DNA of 64,000 nt, from assembly GCA_001179505.1 (NCBI GenBank), contig CDMY01000343.1, positions 48,201-112,200 of the forward strand. The letters are read 5' to 3'. Shown in pieces: positions 36,001 through 50,424 of the stretch. Under the pieces are notes generated by a model that searched no databases, had not been told where the DNA came from, and saw only the letters and a list, made by a program, of their open reading frames with translations. Numbering within the stretch: position 1 is the first letter of the stretch; each line of letters opens with the position of its first letter. The position numbers and the translations under genes were made by a program. The DNA is from Vitrella brassicaformis CCMP3155 (Eukaryota; Protista; Chromerida).

Positions 36001-36924
36001 ATGGTGTCATCTGTGTGCGTTGTGTTGAGCCTCCTGGCTGCTGTCTTCGTGCTGCTGCCGTCTGCTGTGCTGGCGCAGTCTTCAACGAGAGTACAAGCCA
36101 TCTCGGTACGAGAAGATATGTCATTCACCCTGGATTCACCCCTTGATGTGCATCTTGGCTGTTTGTCCTGTGTGCTGTGTCCATCAATGCAGCGTGTTGT
36201 ACCAGCCACAGCAGGCTCGCTGCCGTATCTCTTTGTGGTCGGCGGCATTGTGGCACAGGGCAAAAGCTCCCTGTCTGTGCAGGTACAACAAACAGATGGG
36301 ACAACACACGAGTGACGTCCCATGTGTGCTGCCCGTGTGTGTTGTCTGTTGTAGAATTACGGTCCCGGCAGCGTTTCCCTGACGATCGTCGATGAGGACA
36401 ACAACACTCTCTCAGCTGCGACCATCGCACAGGATGACTCGCTCACCAGTCAGCCGCCCTTTGATGCGAGCAATGAGCTGACCTTCATCCTCGCGGCCGA
36501 GAATGGGACAGAGGTCTTTCGACAGACAGTCAAGAACGATCTGACGTACACCTTCGCCCCTGAAGCCAATGAGATTATGATGCTGAAACTCGACGTGACG
36601 ACGAACAACGTCTTGCGGCTAACTCTCGGCAACCAGCTGACATTCGACCTTGTGGCAACCATGGAGCGACAGGGCGAGCCAGTGGATGGCTCTGGGACAG
36701 TGATTCAGCCGAGGGCCTCGCCCACATCGAGTTGGCTGCAGCTGACCTTCCTGCAGCGGCTGGCTGAGGGCGACGATTTCTACGTGTCAATGGTGCCAAA
36801 GGACGAGGGCGATGGGACGGGCGTCGTGGGGTTTGCGGCTATCACTTACTGGCGGCCCTTTGCGAACGCAGACAGGAGAAGGAGACTGAATGGCATAGGG
36901 GGAATGGCCAGGGTGAGCGCCTGA
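36001..36924 (+). CDS. Unknown secreted protein, family C copy 2
   Basis: Signal peptide MVSSVCVVLSLLAAVFVLLPSAVLA, three exons, ending ADRRRRLNGIGGMARVSA*. Inverted paralog of 27388-28299. Confidence 0.7.
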
Positions 36925-38189
36925 TCATACGAAAGGTGAGGGAACAACACTGCTTACCCACTGTCTCACTCACTCACTCACTCACTCACTCGGGCACACA
37001 CTGTCTCTGCTCTCGGTGGACGGCTGTAGGCAAGTTGTCGAATATCTACTTAGTGACCGTCGCTCTTTTTGATGATGTACGTTGGTGTTGTAAGGGGTGA
37101 GACGGAATCAGCGTCTTGCGAATCTCTGTCGTTCTGTGTGGCAGTACGATCTCGGGCTTTTTGTTTTGTGTGTGTTTGTGACATCCCATCAGTGTAGAAC
37201 AATCTGTCCTGCAAGACATGTCCTGCTGTCTTGCCTCTCCACTCCCTGCATCACATACAGTGCACTGCGTGCAGACAGAATTTCTTTACTTGTACTGTAT
37301 GATTTTCGAGGCAGAGAGCCAAATGAATGCGTTTGTTTATCTATGAGTGGGTGGGTGCAGTGCGGCGGGTGAGTGGAAAGGTACACGCGGCTGCGCCAGG
37401 CCTGATCATAGTGTTCGTCAGGCTGCGCCGTGTGGTTGATCGACTTATGCGTTGTGAGCATAAATGCACAGATGTCATTCAGTCATGTGATCAGCAGTCT
37501 TCATCCATTCGCCACACACACACACACACACACAGCACGCCCGGGGCCGCCTGGCGGTCATCCATCGGATCATCACTTGGGCGCACAACAGAGATGTAGG
37601 CATCACTACAGCAGCGTGCCTGTCTGCCTCTCTCGCTGTCTGTCTGTCTGTCCCTCGCGCAGACAATCGACAATCTCGACATGTACAGTTACTGACTGAC
37701 GTATTTGATAGCTGTTTTGATTTTTCAGATACGACAGCTGACATGGCTCTGTTGTTAATGAGGGAGGGGATCAGTCACTCTTACGTACCCCTTCCCGCTC
37801 GAACGGCTTTGCCCGATCGCTTTTGGTTAATCAAGGCATCCCTGCAGACAGACGGTCGGTCGGTCGGTCGGTCCATCAGACACGCACACACACGGTGCTC
37901 ATGACATGATGAAAGCATCATGGAGTCACACATGACATGCTCAGACAAAAATGCCTCGCCCCTATCTGTCCACTGAGTATGCAATCAAACTCATCCACTC
38001 AACTCATTATTCATCAACGCTAGCCATCCCTCGCAAACCCTCGATCTGATCTGCCGTCCATCACATAAGTGTACAACACACCCAGACACGCAGGCAGACG
38101 CACACGCACTCACGCAGCCATGCGTGTGTGTGTGCGTGTGCGTCCATCGTGCGTCTGTCATGTGTCTGTCTGCCTTTCTGTTTGTCTGT

Positions 38190-39348
38190 CTATGCGGCCT
38201 CCTCTTTGACAAACTGGTCGTATTCGTCGCGTGTGAGCATCCCCGACACCTATACACAGACAGACAGACATGGACACACAAGCACACGCCGATGGGCTTC
38301 GTGTGTAGACAGTCTGTGTGTAAGTGTGTGCGGCGTAGCGTACCTCTCCCTGAAATTCGATCTTGGCGAGCCAGCCATTGCTCTCAGGCTCCTTCACACA
38401 CACGCACCACGCATCAACGCGTCCGCCATCCCTTCCACACATGACTATGGTCAGCATGTGTGTGTGGGCTCACTGACAGACCTCGTTGACGAGTTTGGGA
38501 TTGTTTGAAAGCTCCCCGTTCTGCTCAATCACCTTGCCGTCAACCGGACTGCACACCACACACACACACACACGGATGGATGGATGGATGCGTGGAGCTG
38601 TGCGTATGGTATGGTGCCGCGGTGTGGTTGTCCGTGTACCTGTAGACTTCGCCCACGGCCTTGACACTCTCGAGTGACAGCAGCCCGCTGCCCTTGGACG
38701 CTGACTTGCCTGCAGACACAACACAATGGACGGTGTAGTGCAGTTGGATGGATATGCACTGCACTGCACCGCACTGCATAGATCGATCAATCACGTGTGT
38801 TGATAAGATCTGTGCGCACCAACGTCGGGCAGGTCCACGAAGACGATCTCGCCGAGTTGTTCCTGTATTGTGAACACACACACACACACACACCAGCGCT
38901 CACACAAATCGATCACCAACCACACACAATCGTATCGTGCATCCAGACGTACGGAACACACCTGTGCGTGGTTGGTGATGCCGAGTGTGCCCACCTTGCC
39001 GTCAACCTGAACACAGACAGGCATTTACCCACCACAATGAATGAATGAATGAATGAATGTTGTCCGGCCATTCATTGTGTGCACACAATTCCACCTTGAA
39101 CCACTCGTGGCTCTTGGAGTAATACCTGCACACACACACACACACACGCACAGGCAGACACGCAAATGAACGTGTGCGTTTTGTATTGGCGTGCATCCCA
39201 CGTACGTTGAAAAAGGCCGCCCCACAACAAACAGGCCTGCACACACACACATTTCACGCCATGATTTCATATCTCAGCTCTGGTCGCTGGGCTGACCTCT
39301 GTGGGCCGCACAAGTGGCGCGTCGCATCAACAGCCGGACGGGCAGCAT
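38190..39348 (-). CDS. gcvH: Glycine cleavage system H protein, mitochondrial precursor
   Basis: MLPVRLLMRRATCAAHR presequence, then YYSKSHEWFK, VDGKVGTLGITNHAQ, EQLGEIVFVDLPDVG, ESVKAVGEVY (lipoyl-Lys), SPVDGKVIEQN, GWLAKI, ending ...KEEAA*. Confidence 0.92.
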
Positions 39349-39415
39349 CCTGGACATACAGATCTATCCCTACCTGTGCACATACACACAGACGACAGAC
39401 CAACACAACTGGGGG

Positions 39416-42400
39416 ATGATCCGATTGCTGGTCCTTTCGCGCAACTGGTGCAATGCGCAGAGCTGCCTGCTCACGTCTGTCAACAGCTGCGTATTCACGG
39501 CAGCGCCCTCTTCTGAGCAGAAATTTGAGCTCGCACATCTCGGGCTCTTTCCGCAAGAGTCGTTTGCAAAGAAACGACAAGAAAGCACACAGAGAGGCGG
39601 CAGTTGGTGTGCACATCCCATCCTGCCAACAACGACTCAAACGATGTCGGTGCTGCTCGCAGCTGTCGAGCTGCTCACCATGGTAGGTAACACAGAGGCA
39701 GGGAGGAAGGAGCAGGCGCACATCACTCTCTGTGTGTGTGTTGTCTTTGTGTGTGTGTGTGTGTGTGTGTGTGTTCTACACATAGGTGTTGGTGCCGACT
39801 TTGACGACAGCGTACGGGTGCTACGTGTGTGTGCAGAAGGAGAAGAGCAAGACGCTCAGGCACGTACATCTGCAGACACAGACAGACAGACCTGTGCACA
39901 CAGAGGAGTCTGGGCAACAGACTCAGACACAGACACAGGCAGACGATAGGTACACACACACACAAGGCCTTCTCTCGGACACACACACGCTCACTTAGTG
40001 ACATCCACACACGTGCTCAATCTTCCGTGGGTTAGCATTCTGGTCGTGTGTGCTATATGGTCAACCAAGAGTCTCTCTCTCTCTCTTTCTCCGTGTGTGG
40101 GTGGGTGGGTGGGTGAGTGCAGGATGCGGCTGTTGGGTGGTGTGTCCGTGTCAATGCCGACCGACGCGGCGTCGATCACCCCTGCACAAGTAACCACAGA
40201 CACGCACACACGTTTGAGTGGCGGCAGCTATGTGTTGCGTGCGTTTGTGTGCTGCCTGCCTGGCTGCAGGCGTGGTTATTGCCCATAGCAGGCTCAGTGG
40301 TGTTGATACTGCTGTTCTTCTTCAAAGACATCATGATCTTCCTGACGCTGTACGTCCTGCTGCTGGTATACATCGCACATATGCGCAGAAGGACGGACAC
40401 ACGCAAGTCATTGTGAATCGTGTGTGTGCGTGTGTGCGTGTGTATGCGGATCTCATCTGCAGGCAACGATCAGCGTCCCCTTTGTGCTGGAACCGGTCTA
40501 CAGGTACACACACGTGTGTCCATCCATCCATCCACTGCTGTCTGTCTGTGTGTCGTGTGTGGTGTGCAGGGTGTCGCCCACCTACGGCCATGTTTTGGTG
40601 TCGCTGCTTTCCGTAGCCATGATCGTCCTCTGGCTGTGGACAAGCCACTGGGCGGTCTGCTCGCTCTTGGCACTCTCGATGGCTGTCCTCGCCATGGTCA
40701 TACTCAGAATCACCAACGGTAGGGTTTTGGCCGTCCAGTCCATGCAGAGATTCCACAGCTGCTGTGACGTGTGTGTCTGTGTGCAGGGTGGGCGATAGTG
40801 ATTCTTTTCTGCGGGCTGTTCTTCTACGACATCTTCTGGGTGTTCCTGTCGCCCTATGTGTTCCATTCCAACGTCATGGTGACCGTCGCGCAGCAAGAGG
40901 CGAACAACCCAATGTAAGCGAGGCTTCAAACACACACACAGGCGCCCACACGCGCCAGATGCTCCCATGTGTGTCTGTGGGGTGTGTGGATGTGACGGTG
41001 CAGGTACCATATCATGGCCTTTGTTGAGCACATGGGTGTGCCCCTCCCACAGTGGATGCTGCCCACTAAGATACTCAGCCTGCCACGTACCCACTCACTA
41101 CCCCCCCCCCCCCCCCCCCCCNNNNNNNNNNNNNNNNNNNNNNNNNNNNNNNNNNNNNNNNNNNNNNNNNNNNNNNNNNNNNNNNNNNNNNNNNNNNNNN
41201 NNNNNNNNNNNNNNNNNNNNNNNNNNNNNNNNNNNNNNNNNNNNNNNNNNNNNNNNNNNNNNNNNNNNNNNNNNNNNNNNNNNNNNNNNNNNNNNNNNNN
41301 NNNNNNNNNNNNNNNNNNNNNNNNNNNNNNNNNNNNNNNNNNNNNNNNNNNNNNNNNNNNNNNNNNNNNNNNNNNNNNNNNNNNNNNNNNNNNNNNNNNN
41401 NNNNNNNNNNNNNNNNNNNNNACCCCCCCCCCCCCCCCCACACACACATCCATCCATCCATCCACATGTGTGTGTGTGCAGTGAAGATCATGCTGCCCGT
41501 GGGCATGAAGGATGACGGCAGTGTGCACTACAGCATGCTCGGCCTGGGCGACATCATCGTGCCCGCATTCCTCGCCATCTATGTCTGCAGAAATGCCGTC
41601 GGCAACTACCTGGTATGGTTGCCCGTTGACACTTCTGCACACGTGTGTCTCTTGCCATCTGTGTGTGTGTGTGTGTGTGTGTGGACAGCCGCCATTGCGC
41701 GCGCCGTTGGTTTGCTTCTTCGTTGGCTATGTGGCCGGACTGGCCAGCGCATCGATAGCCGTAAGCAACTCAGACGGTGACGGATGCAATGCCTGCGTGG
41801 GCAGGGCATATGAGAGAGAAAAGATGGCTCTTTCTGCCTGTGTCTGTGCAGGTGGCCGTGTTTCACTACCCTCAGCCTGCTCTGTTGTATCTGGTGCCCA
41901 TGACCACAAGTGCGTCTGACGAGAATGAATGCACACACACAGCCTAGGGATGGCTCGGCTCTGTGTGTGTCAGTTCCCGTGCTGCTGGCCTTCTACCGCG
42001 AGAAGTCTCTGCTGCCCTTTTTGAAAGGACACACAGCCAGCACTGACGACGGTACACACACACACACGCATGGACGAATCGGCCGTCCATTCACACACAC
42101 GTATCTCTCTCTGCCTCTCTATATGTGTGCAGATGCTGACCTGGGTGACCTGGCTGGCGAGCAGCCTGGTGTGCCCCTCAACACCCACCAGGACGCCGGA
42201 AGCTACAGCAATGCGCCCATCGACGCCGAGGCGGGAAACCCCAGGCACAGCAGCAATGAGTGCGACAGCATTCGGACGGACAGCGGCAACGGCATTGGCA
42301 CACTCAACCACAACCACACACAGGCCGGTAGGTGTGTGTATGTCCACCCAGATGGATGAGTGGATGGCTGGATGTGTGTGTGCACAGAGAGGAGAGAGAG

Positions 42401-42484
42401 ACAGTCCGCCAGCCCACTGCGTGACAATGGTAGTGTACCCCACACCCACGCCTCAGAAATGTGTGTACACAAATTGGTCTTCTT

Positions 42485-42520
<36 letters not shown>

Positions 42521-42803
42521 TGTGTGTGGCTGCAGGTACCACCAGTGCCTCGCGTGAGCTCGTCGAGCGGCGGCCCTTTGCCAACGGTGGCAGTAACCCC
42601 CCACCATCCGCCAGCACCAGCAACGGCGTCCAACGACTCCCAATGGTTGGTGCACACTCTCACACACAAGACCTTCACCCACGCCCGCTGCGTGTGTGTG
42701 TGTTGTGGTCTTGCAGGCGTCGCAGGAAGGGCCTAGGAAGGCCGACAGTTCGTATGGCGTGCTGGGTGTGGGTGTCGGTGTCGGGGCGGCGATGGGCAGC
42801 TGA
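39416..42803 (+). CDS. Signal peptide peptidase-like intramembrane aspartyl protease (A22B)
   Basis: Catalytic [10 protein letters not shown] (~40820-40850), [11 protein letters not shown] (~41535-41565) and QPALLYLVP (~41875-41900), with multiple TM exons. The start may be 39416 or 39644. The gene spans the N gap. Confidence 0.9.
41122..41421. other. Assembly gap (300 N) flanked by poly-C runs
   Basis: A run of n from 41122 to 41421 inside the SPP-like gene. Exons may be missing. Confidence 1.
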
Positions 42804-43597
42804 TGCTATACCCAGTTGCGGAAACAATTAGAGGGACGAATGGAGGTCTTTTTGTGTGGCGAATTGAATTGAATGAATGAATGAATGGAGCTGAGCCTGG
42901 CGGCCCCTGTGTTTGTCTGCGTCTCGATTGCATGCTCAGGCACCGCATCGACAGACACTCGTGCTCAAGTGGAAGGGTGCGAGTGCGTGTGATGTAGTGC
43001 TTGAGCACGCAATGGTGACACAGTCGGCCGATGGCGCGCACGTCCGACTGACAGACTGCATATGCGCGACGATTGACACAAATGGTCGGTGGGTCATTTA
43101 TACACACACGACTGACTGAAAAAAGAGAGACGAGACCCTTCTGTTCTCTGTGTCTGCGTATAGACACCACCCTCCCTCCCTCAGCTGAACCACTGCAGCC
43201 ACAGCCAAATCATCACGCTGCTGCTGCTGCTCATGTCATCACCAACCGAGAGCTCAGCGACGAGAACACGATTGCACCGTCGTGTGCTGTGTGGCCGAGG
43301 CCTCGTCGGGCAGCGCCATACGTAGCAGCACACATACATCGACCCATCCATCCATCCATCCACGCGTCGAACAAAACGAGAGACAGGCGAGCGGTGCACG
43401 CGACGCCATCCTATCCCATCTGCAATGTCTGTCTGTCTGTCTGTCTCTTTTTCTCTCGCGCAGACACAGTGCACAGTTTGTTTCACCCACAAAGATGCAA
43501 ACGCGTTCGCGCGCCCCCTCTTTCTGTGTACACGTGTATCCCTCCAGCTGCGCAAAATGTCATCTGTCTATCTCTCTCTGGAGGGAGGCTGGCTGAG

Positions 43598-45381
43598 CTA
43601 TCCATCTCGCCCATTACTATTCCCCCCTTGGTGGTTTCCCGAGTTGGCCATTTTGCCGTACATCTCCCGCTTGTGCCGCTCCAGATCCTCGGACCACTTC
43701 GCCATGTGCCTACATGACATGCACACAGAGACAGAGAGAGAGAGGGAGAGAGACAGCAAGGGCCAATTCACACACATAATGTGTGTTGGTTCCCTTGGTG
43801 TGGGCGCATCGGCGGTATACACACCTGCGCCGCTCTTCCTCGGTCACGAAGAGGTCTGCCGTGTCGTTGGTGCCCGATGCTGCTTGTGGTGGTGGTCCTT
43901 GTGGTGCAGCAGCAGCAGCAGCAGCAGAGGCAGTTGTTGTGTAGACCCCATTGCTATTGTTGGCCGGCATTGGCACATTCAGCGGAGGCACAAAGGTGAA
44001 AGAACCTACAGCCCACACCACACACAAGCAGTGTGCAGTTGTGTGAGCTTGGATGAGTAGTGAGTGGACTCGCTCACCGTGGAGCGGCAGTCGATAGACC
44101 TCTACCGTGTATCGAGGTGACGGCAACGGCGAAGTGGGGCGAGACTTGAGCAAAGAGTCAGGAGCGTGCAGTTGCAGCTTACCACCACCACCACGAGCAA
44201 CATAGGCACCGTCTCGATTTCCCTCCTCTTTGTCTCTCTCAGGAGTCGTCCGCAGCGAATAACTCTGCTGCTGCTGCTGCTGATTGCCGCCCACATTCTG
44301 CTGAGGATGGTGCTGCTGATGATGATAAGGCACACCCACACCAACACGTGGCGACAGACACTGCAGCTGATGCACACGCGGCGACACCACCAGCTGCCCT
44401 TGCCCAGGCCCGTTGCGCGTCCGCACGGGCGAGCGTCTGCACATGACGAACGGTGAGCACGTGGGCGAGCACTTGGGCGAAGGGGGCGGGGCCGCCGGCA
44501 TCGCTGGCATCGTTGCTGCTGCTGCTGCTAGCGTCTGGGGGGGCGACTGCTGCTGCTGCTGATGGTGGTGGTGGTGCTGCTGGCCGGCCACACGCAGAGA
44601 GGCCGTCGCTTTGGCTGACGCAACGGCCTGCACAATACACTTTCAGTGGTTGTGTGTGTGTGTGTGTGGCTAATCACTCACCTGTGCCTGATTTGCGAGC
44701 AGGATCTGTCCCTGCACCGACTCGACCAGCTGCTGCACATGAAAGGCGCGGAAATCCATCAGCGGGGCGGGGTAGTTGGCCAATGGCATCCTACAAACAC
44801 ACACACGGACACACACACACACACACACACACACAGAGAGAGAGAGAAAGTGCACAATGCGCGTGTATATTGTGTGCATCCCAATGGACGTACCGAATCA
44901 GCTGTCGGTCCGTGTGCGTCTGTGTGTGGCTACTCGGGCTGCTTTGGTTGCTCCCAGACGAGCTGCTCTGCGGCGACCCACCACACACACCACCACCACC
45001 TGCACCATTCCCACCACCACCGCCACCACCACCGCCAGCGCCCCTGCTCGAATCTTCACTGCTCGACGGCGATCGCCGGTGCATCATTGAAGCGTGGGCA
45101 TGGTGGACGGTGTGGCCGGGCAGCTGCAGTGGGGGCACTGGTGGCGCCGATGGGGCCGAGAGAGCGGCGGCTTTCTTGTCGGCTCCTTCTGCTGCTGCTG
45201 CTGCTGCTGCTGTGTGTGGCGGGCCGTCCTCTGGAATGCGCGAAAGCGTATGTGCTGCTGACGGTGGGTGTGGGTGTGTGTGGGCAAGTGTGTGTGCGTC
45301 GCTGTTGAGCGAGTTGCTGGTGTGGGTGATGCTGGTGGCGACCTGGGTGGACGTGGCCGTCGAGGTGCGCAGCTGTCCATC

Positions 45382-45417
<36 letters not shown>

Positions 45418-45766
45418 TGGTGTGTCTGATCACAACGTCTGTGTGGTGTGGTTACGTGTTCATCGTTGTGAGTTTTCTTGACGACCGATGCGGCCGGGAC
45501 GCTCTCCAACACACGCTGCTGCTGCTGCTGCTGCTGCTGCCCATTGCCACCATTGCCATTGCTCTCCCTCTTCTCGGGCCTCTTCACCTGAACAAACCAT
45601 ACACGTGTGTGTGTGTGTGTGTGTGTGTGGAGGGGGGGAGGGCATCATTTGGCCTACGCGTGTGTCTCTGCGAGCGATGGACTGATGGTCCTGTTTGTAG
45701 GAGGACTTGGGCAGTATCGGCAAAATGCGCTTGTTGCCTTTGTGGTGCACACAATGGAACACAGAA

Positions 45767-45800
<34 letters not shown>

Positions 45801-47166
45801 TGTGTGGATGGCTTACGTGTGAGCGGCGGCCGTATGTCGATGTCAGGGAGGCCGAACAGCGTCCGCACAGTCACCGGACACTGCTCCCCCTTCAGCCATA
45901 TGTGGTTCTTGGCCTACACACACAAACAGACACACACACACTACATATCGCTGCGCACGAGTGCACGCACACACACGTCTGTGTGTTCTTAACTGTGTGT
46001 TCTTAATTACTTGTTCGAGGGAGAATCTCTGCTCAGGGTCTGGGTGCATCATGTTGAAAAGAAAGTGGTGGCAGTTCGGCTGCACACACACATAGATGCG
46101 CACAGACACATAGATGCACACACACAGGCGTGGCGAGCACAAACGTGTGACGGCCGACCGTGAGGTGGGCCCCGTTGCGCATGGTGATAAATTCGATGTA
46201 CCGGCGGGAAGCAAACAACGACCTGCAATCCAATGCATTGCACCGACACACACACCCATCCATCCATCCATCCATCAATGTGTGTGGAGGGGGAGGGCGA
46301 GGGGGAGGGGGAGGGGGGATGCCGACCAGTAGGGGTCCTCCTCTGTGGCCTTCTCGAACGGCTGGCACTTGGTCAGCACGTTCCACAGCATCCACCCTAC
46401 ACACATCACACACACACACACACATGCATGTGAATCATCATGATGTGTGTGAATCTCTCCCGGCGTACCGACCGATGCAGAAAGAGTCGACTTTGGTTGC
46501 GTCATAGGGCTTCGAATCATACACCTCTGGCGGCCGAAAACTGTAGACGGCCACACCACAGGATGATCAACGTCCAGGCGAGAATGTGCGAGTGCGGTCT
46601 GACGGACGGACCTTTTCCCAAATGACTTTTCGAACTCAGTTTTCTTGACGGAGCCGTCCGGCAACACCTCTATGTCGATCGCCTGCAGTGCGCGCACACG
46701 GCAATCCAGGGTGTGTATGTGTGAGTGCTGTCGGTGGTCACTTGGCCGGGGTCCGTTATCTTGGGGCAGACTGTGTGGTCCTCATTGAGAAAGAGCAATA
46801 TGTTCTCCAAAGAATGGTCACGGAAACTACGAAAGCACACAAAAGACAGACAGACACAAGGCGCCCCTCTCTCTCCCTCTCCCTCTCCCTCTCCCTCTCT
46901 GTGTGCGAATGGGCTCATTTCTCACCCAATGTTGCGATTTTTGAGAAACAGTGCGCCATCGATGATTTGAGAAAACAGACAACGCGCCTCGGGCTCACTG
47001 CATCCACACACACTCACACACACGTGATCGACATGCACACAAGTCTCGTGCGAGGCACTTACCTGAAAGCGCCGTCCCGTCTGCGCAGAACCTCAAACAG
47101 ATCGTCACCCTCAGCTAGTGGCCTGACAGGACAGCAGACCCCCAATCCACACACACACTCCGAAGG

Positions 47167-47200
<34 letters not shown>

Positions 47201-48223
47201 AGTGTGATTGTGTGTTTGTGATTGCTTACATGATGATGTAGACGTAGTCCGCGTCTTGTGCCACGTCGAAGAAGGTCAGCACATTGGGGTGCCCCTGCAT
47301 ACGCTGACAATACTTGACCTCTGCCCAGGGGTCCTCACTCGTACGCTGCATCGCATCCACACACGATGTGCCACACACACACAGACAGACCGTGACCTAC
47401 CAGTGACTCAAGCTGGTCCTCAATGGCCTGCTTGTCGACCACCTTGATGGCACACGGGGTCAGACTGGACCTACACACAGACACATAGACACAGACACAC
47501 ACGTCAAGGCAGATGGACGGATGCACACACACGTGTGTGTGTGCGTGTGTGTGGAGTGGTTGCCAACCCCACCGCGAGTAGCCCTGGAAGACGGCTCCAA
47601 AGATGGCCTTCTGCAGCATCAACTCGAACCGATAGTAATCCCTGATGGATGGATCAATGGACACACTCACACACGAGATGTGTGTACTCTCTCTCTCTCT
47701 CTCTCCGGTCCTTCTCTTACTTTGAGGTCTTGACGGTCTGCCCCAGCAAGTCGCCCAGCTCCTTCTCCTTACCCCTCTCGCCCACGCCCACACCAGGTGC
47801 ATGTCCGTGTGTGTGTGCAGTCACATTCCCATTGCCGTGTCCAGGCGCAGGTGCAGGTGCATGCGCATGCACCTGCTCCTTCTGCTGCTGCCGCTGCTGC
47901 TGCTGCTGCTGGTGCTGCTGGTGGTGCTGCTGCTGGTGGGAAGACGCATAAACGCCGCCGCCCTGCGCATACAAATACCCATGACTTTGAATGGCCACAG
48001 GCTGGTGATGGTGGATGCACGGCGCAGCGACGGGACAGCCAGTGTACACCGTGTGGTGCGTCGGATGGGCCGCGTGAGCCGCATGAGCCGCGTGAGCCGC
48101 TGGGGGTTGGTAGAAGACGCCCGCTGGGACGTACATGACACTTCTCTTCTTCAAGGGGCTCACATGACGACCAATTGGCGATGATTTATGGATGATTCGG
48201 GCACATGAGAGCTTCTCAGCCAC
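43598..48223 (-). CDS. Atypical Ser/Thr protein kinase (CAMK-like) with a long low-complexity Q/A/S/H-rich tail
   Basis: LQKAIFGAVFQG, CAIKVVDK, DPWAEVKY, GFRDHSLENILL, KITDPGQA, FRPPEVY, KVDSFCIGWML and HPDPEQRFSL. Last exon ...NGRDG* at 43598. Confidence 0.85.
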
Positions 48224-48598
48224 ACTCCTTCGCCGTTTCTTCTTCTCGCTCTCTCCTTGAACGCGAGCTTCATTGCGAGCTTTCGCGAAAACAGCGGAAG
48301 TGCAGTTGGAGTATCAGCAGTAGCTCGGGGTAGCGAGTAGGAATGTGACGAAGCCGAAAGAAGCATTCAGTGACGACGGAGGTCTCATGGACACGCAAGC
48401 TTGGGTCCACGCGCATCACAAGTCATGTCTCGTAGATCTCGCGCGTGTAACTCGGTCTCCGCTCTAACTAGTGCCTTTCGGGTTTTGGACGTTTCTTGCC
48501 TTGTTTGGTGCTGACTGAGGAGAGGGCTCGAGATCTCTTATTTTCAAGACCGAAGCGGTCAGCCCCTTTTGTTGTCACAGCGAAGAGAGTGATTTCAG

Positions 48599-50391
48599 AT
48601 GCAGTCGTCCGGGGCGGGCGAGGACACTGCCAGTGGAGAGGGCGGCGGTGGGAGCCCTAACAAGAACCAAGAAACCGTCGCACGACCAGTGATGCAGTAA
48701 GTGGATTGGATACGCAAACACTCTGCCATCTCCCTTCAGGTGAAGCTTGATGCGTTCGTGTGTGCTGTGCTGTGATGGTTGGTTGTGCCAGTCAATCTGA
48801 AGGGCACCAGGATCAGGATCAGGATGACGCCTCGTCTGCCCCGCCACTGCCGCCCCCCGCCGACGATGCGTAGGCACCCAAACACGAAGACGGAGAGAGA
48901 GGGATGTGGATCTATATGCGTCTGTGTGCAGAGGCCCCGCCCCTTCGTGTGCTGCGCCGCCGTCTGGCGGTGAGAGCGACTAGATCAGATCACATATTGC
49001 ATTGTATCTTGAGTGTCTGTGGGCCTTGTGTGAGTGCAGGTGGTGGTGGTGCCTTGGCTTCGCTGGCTGACGTCACCGAGGAGGACATCATCAATGTGGC
49101 CAATATGAAAGTGCGTGTGTGTATGCAGCCAGAGAGAGCATTCGGTGTGTTGTCATTCATGTGTTGTGTGCGCACTCGCTCTGTCAATCAGCATCGTTTG
49201 GCTGACGTATTGTCCCAATTGCCCGAATTCCCTGAGCTCAAAGGCAAACCACACACAGACAGACACACACACACACATACACATACACATGGATGGATGG
49301 ATGGATTGGTGGATGCAAGGATGCTTTCTCGTTCTGTGCATTATTTCCGTGCAGGCGACATCCGGCTGCTGCGGTTTCTCCGCGGCTACATGAACAATCT
49401 CGATGACGCAGAGAGCGCGTAAGCAACGAATGCCTTCTTGCGTGCCTGTCTGTCTGTCTGTCTGTCTGTCTGTCCATTGGACTGTGTGTGTGTGTGTGTG
49501 TATGGGTCTGTGCAGGTACAGGGCCCACATCGAGTGGCGAGAGCAGAACGGCGTCGACGAAATCAGACAGGTTTGTTTGTGTCCGTTTGCGCGTTCAGAC
49601 ATCCCGACACACAGTGCATCCTCACTGCATGTGTATGTGTGTGTGTGTAGGACGTCGCCGCGCGCATCGGCTGTCCCGAGGAGGTGCCGGGCTACCAGGA
49701 AGTGGTCAAATATCTGCCACTCAACCAAGCCCTCAGGTCGGTTCATCAGATCAGCAGACACACGAATGAACTCATCGGATCTCATGTGTCGGTGTCTGTC
49801 GTGTGTCGTGTGTGTCTACACACCCAACGTTGACAGAGACGAGAAGGGCGAGTACCTTCGGGATAAGAAGGGCAACCTCCTGGCCATCGACAGATATGGT
49901 AGCTAACCTACACACACAGAGACACACACACACACACAGGGAGGGAGGGAGGGAGGGATATATGGCCGTGTGTGCGCCGCGCCCCGCGTGCAGGTGAGTG
50001 GGACATCTCATCGGTGCTGACGAACGTGCCCGACAGTGTCTTCGACAAGTGGCACATCTACAGCATGGAACTCAGATCCGTCACACTCGACAGGTTAGCT
50101 GAGGGCCCACCCATCAGACCCACATACACATGCATCAAACAAAGAAGTACGTGTCTGTGTGCGTGCGTGCGTGTGTGTGTGTGTGTGTCTGTGTCTGTCT
50201 GTGTGTCTGTAGGCTGTCCCGTGCTGAGCGTCGAGTGGTCAAGGTGACCCTCATTCAGGACATGGCCGGTCTGTCAATACGGCAGATCTCGCGCCAGGCG
50301 CTTAAGTAAAGAAACCACACCCCCTGGCACAGACCCATTATCCATTATGTGTCCATTGTCCATTCATCCATCGCTCTCTCTCCCTCTCTCT

Positions 50392-50424
<33 letters not shown>

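Noticed and set aside
12300-37480. Autonomous transposon driving the duplications
   Set aside because: No transposase, reverse transcriptase, integrase or Rep/helicase motifs were recognised in any frame, and no clear TSDs were found.
40926-41642. ORFs spanning the poly-X stretch
   Set aside because: They are artefacts of the 300-N assembly gap and flanking poly-C runs.
43598-48223. Apicomplexan FIKK kinase
   Set aside because: There is no FIKK motif (the site reads CAIK), and the catalytic and activation motifs do not match FIKKs as recalled.
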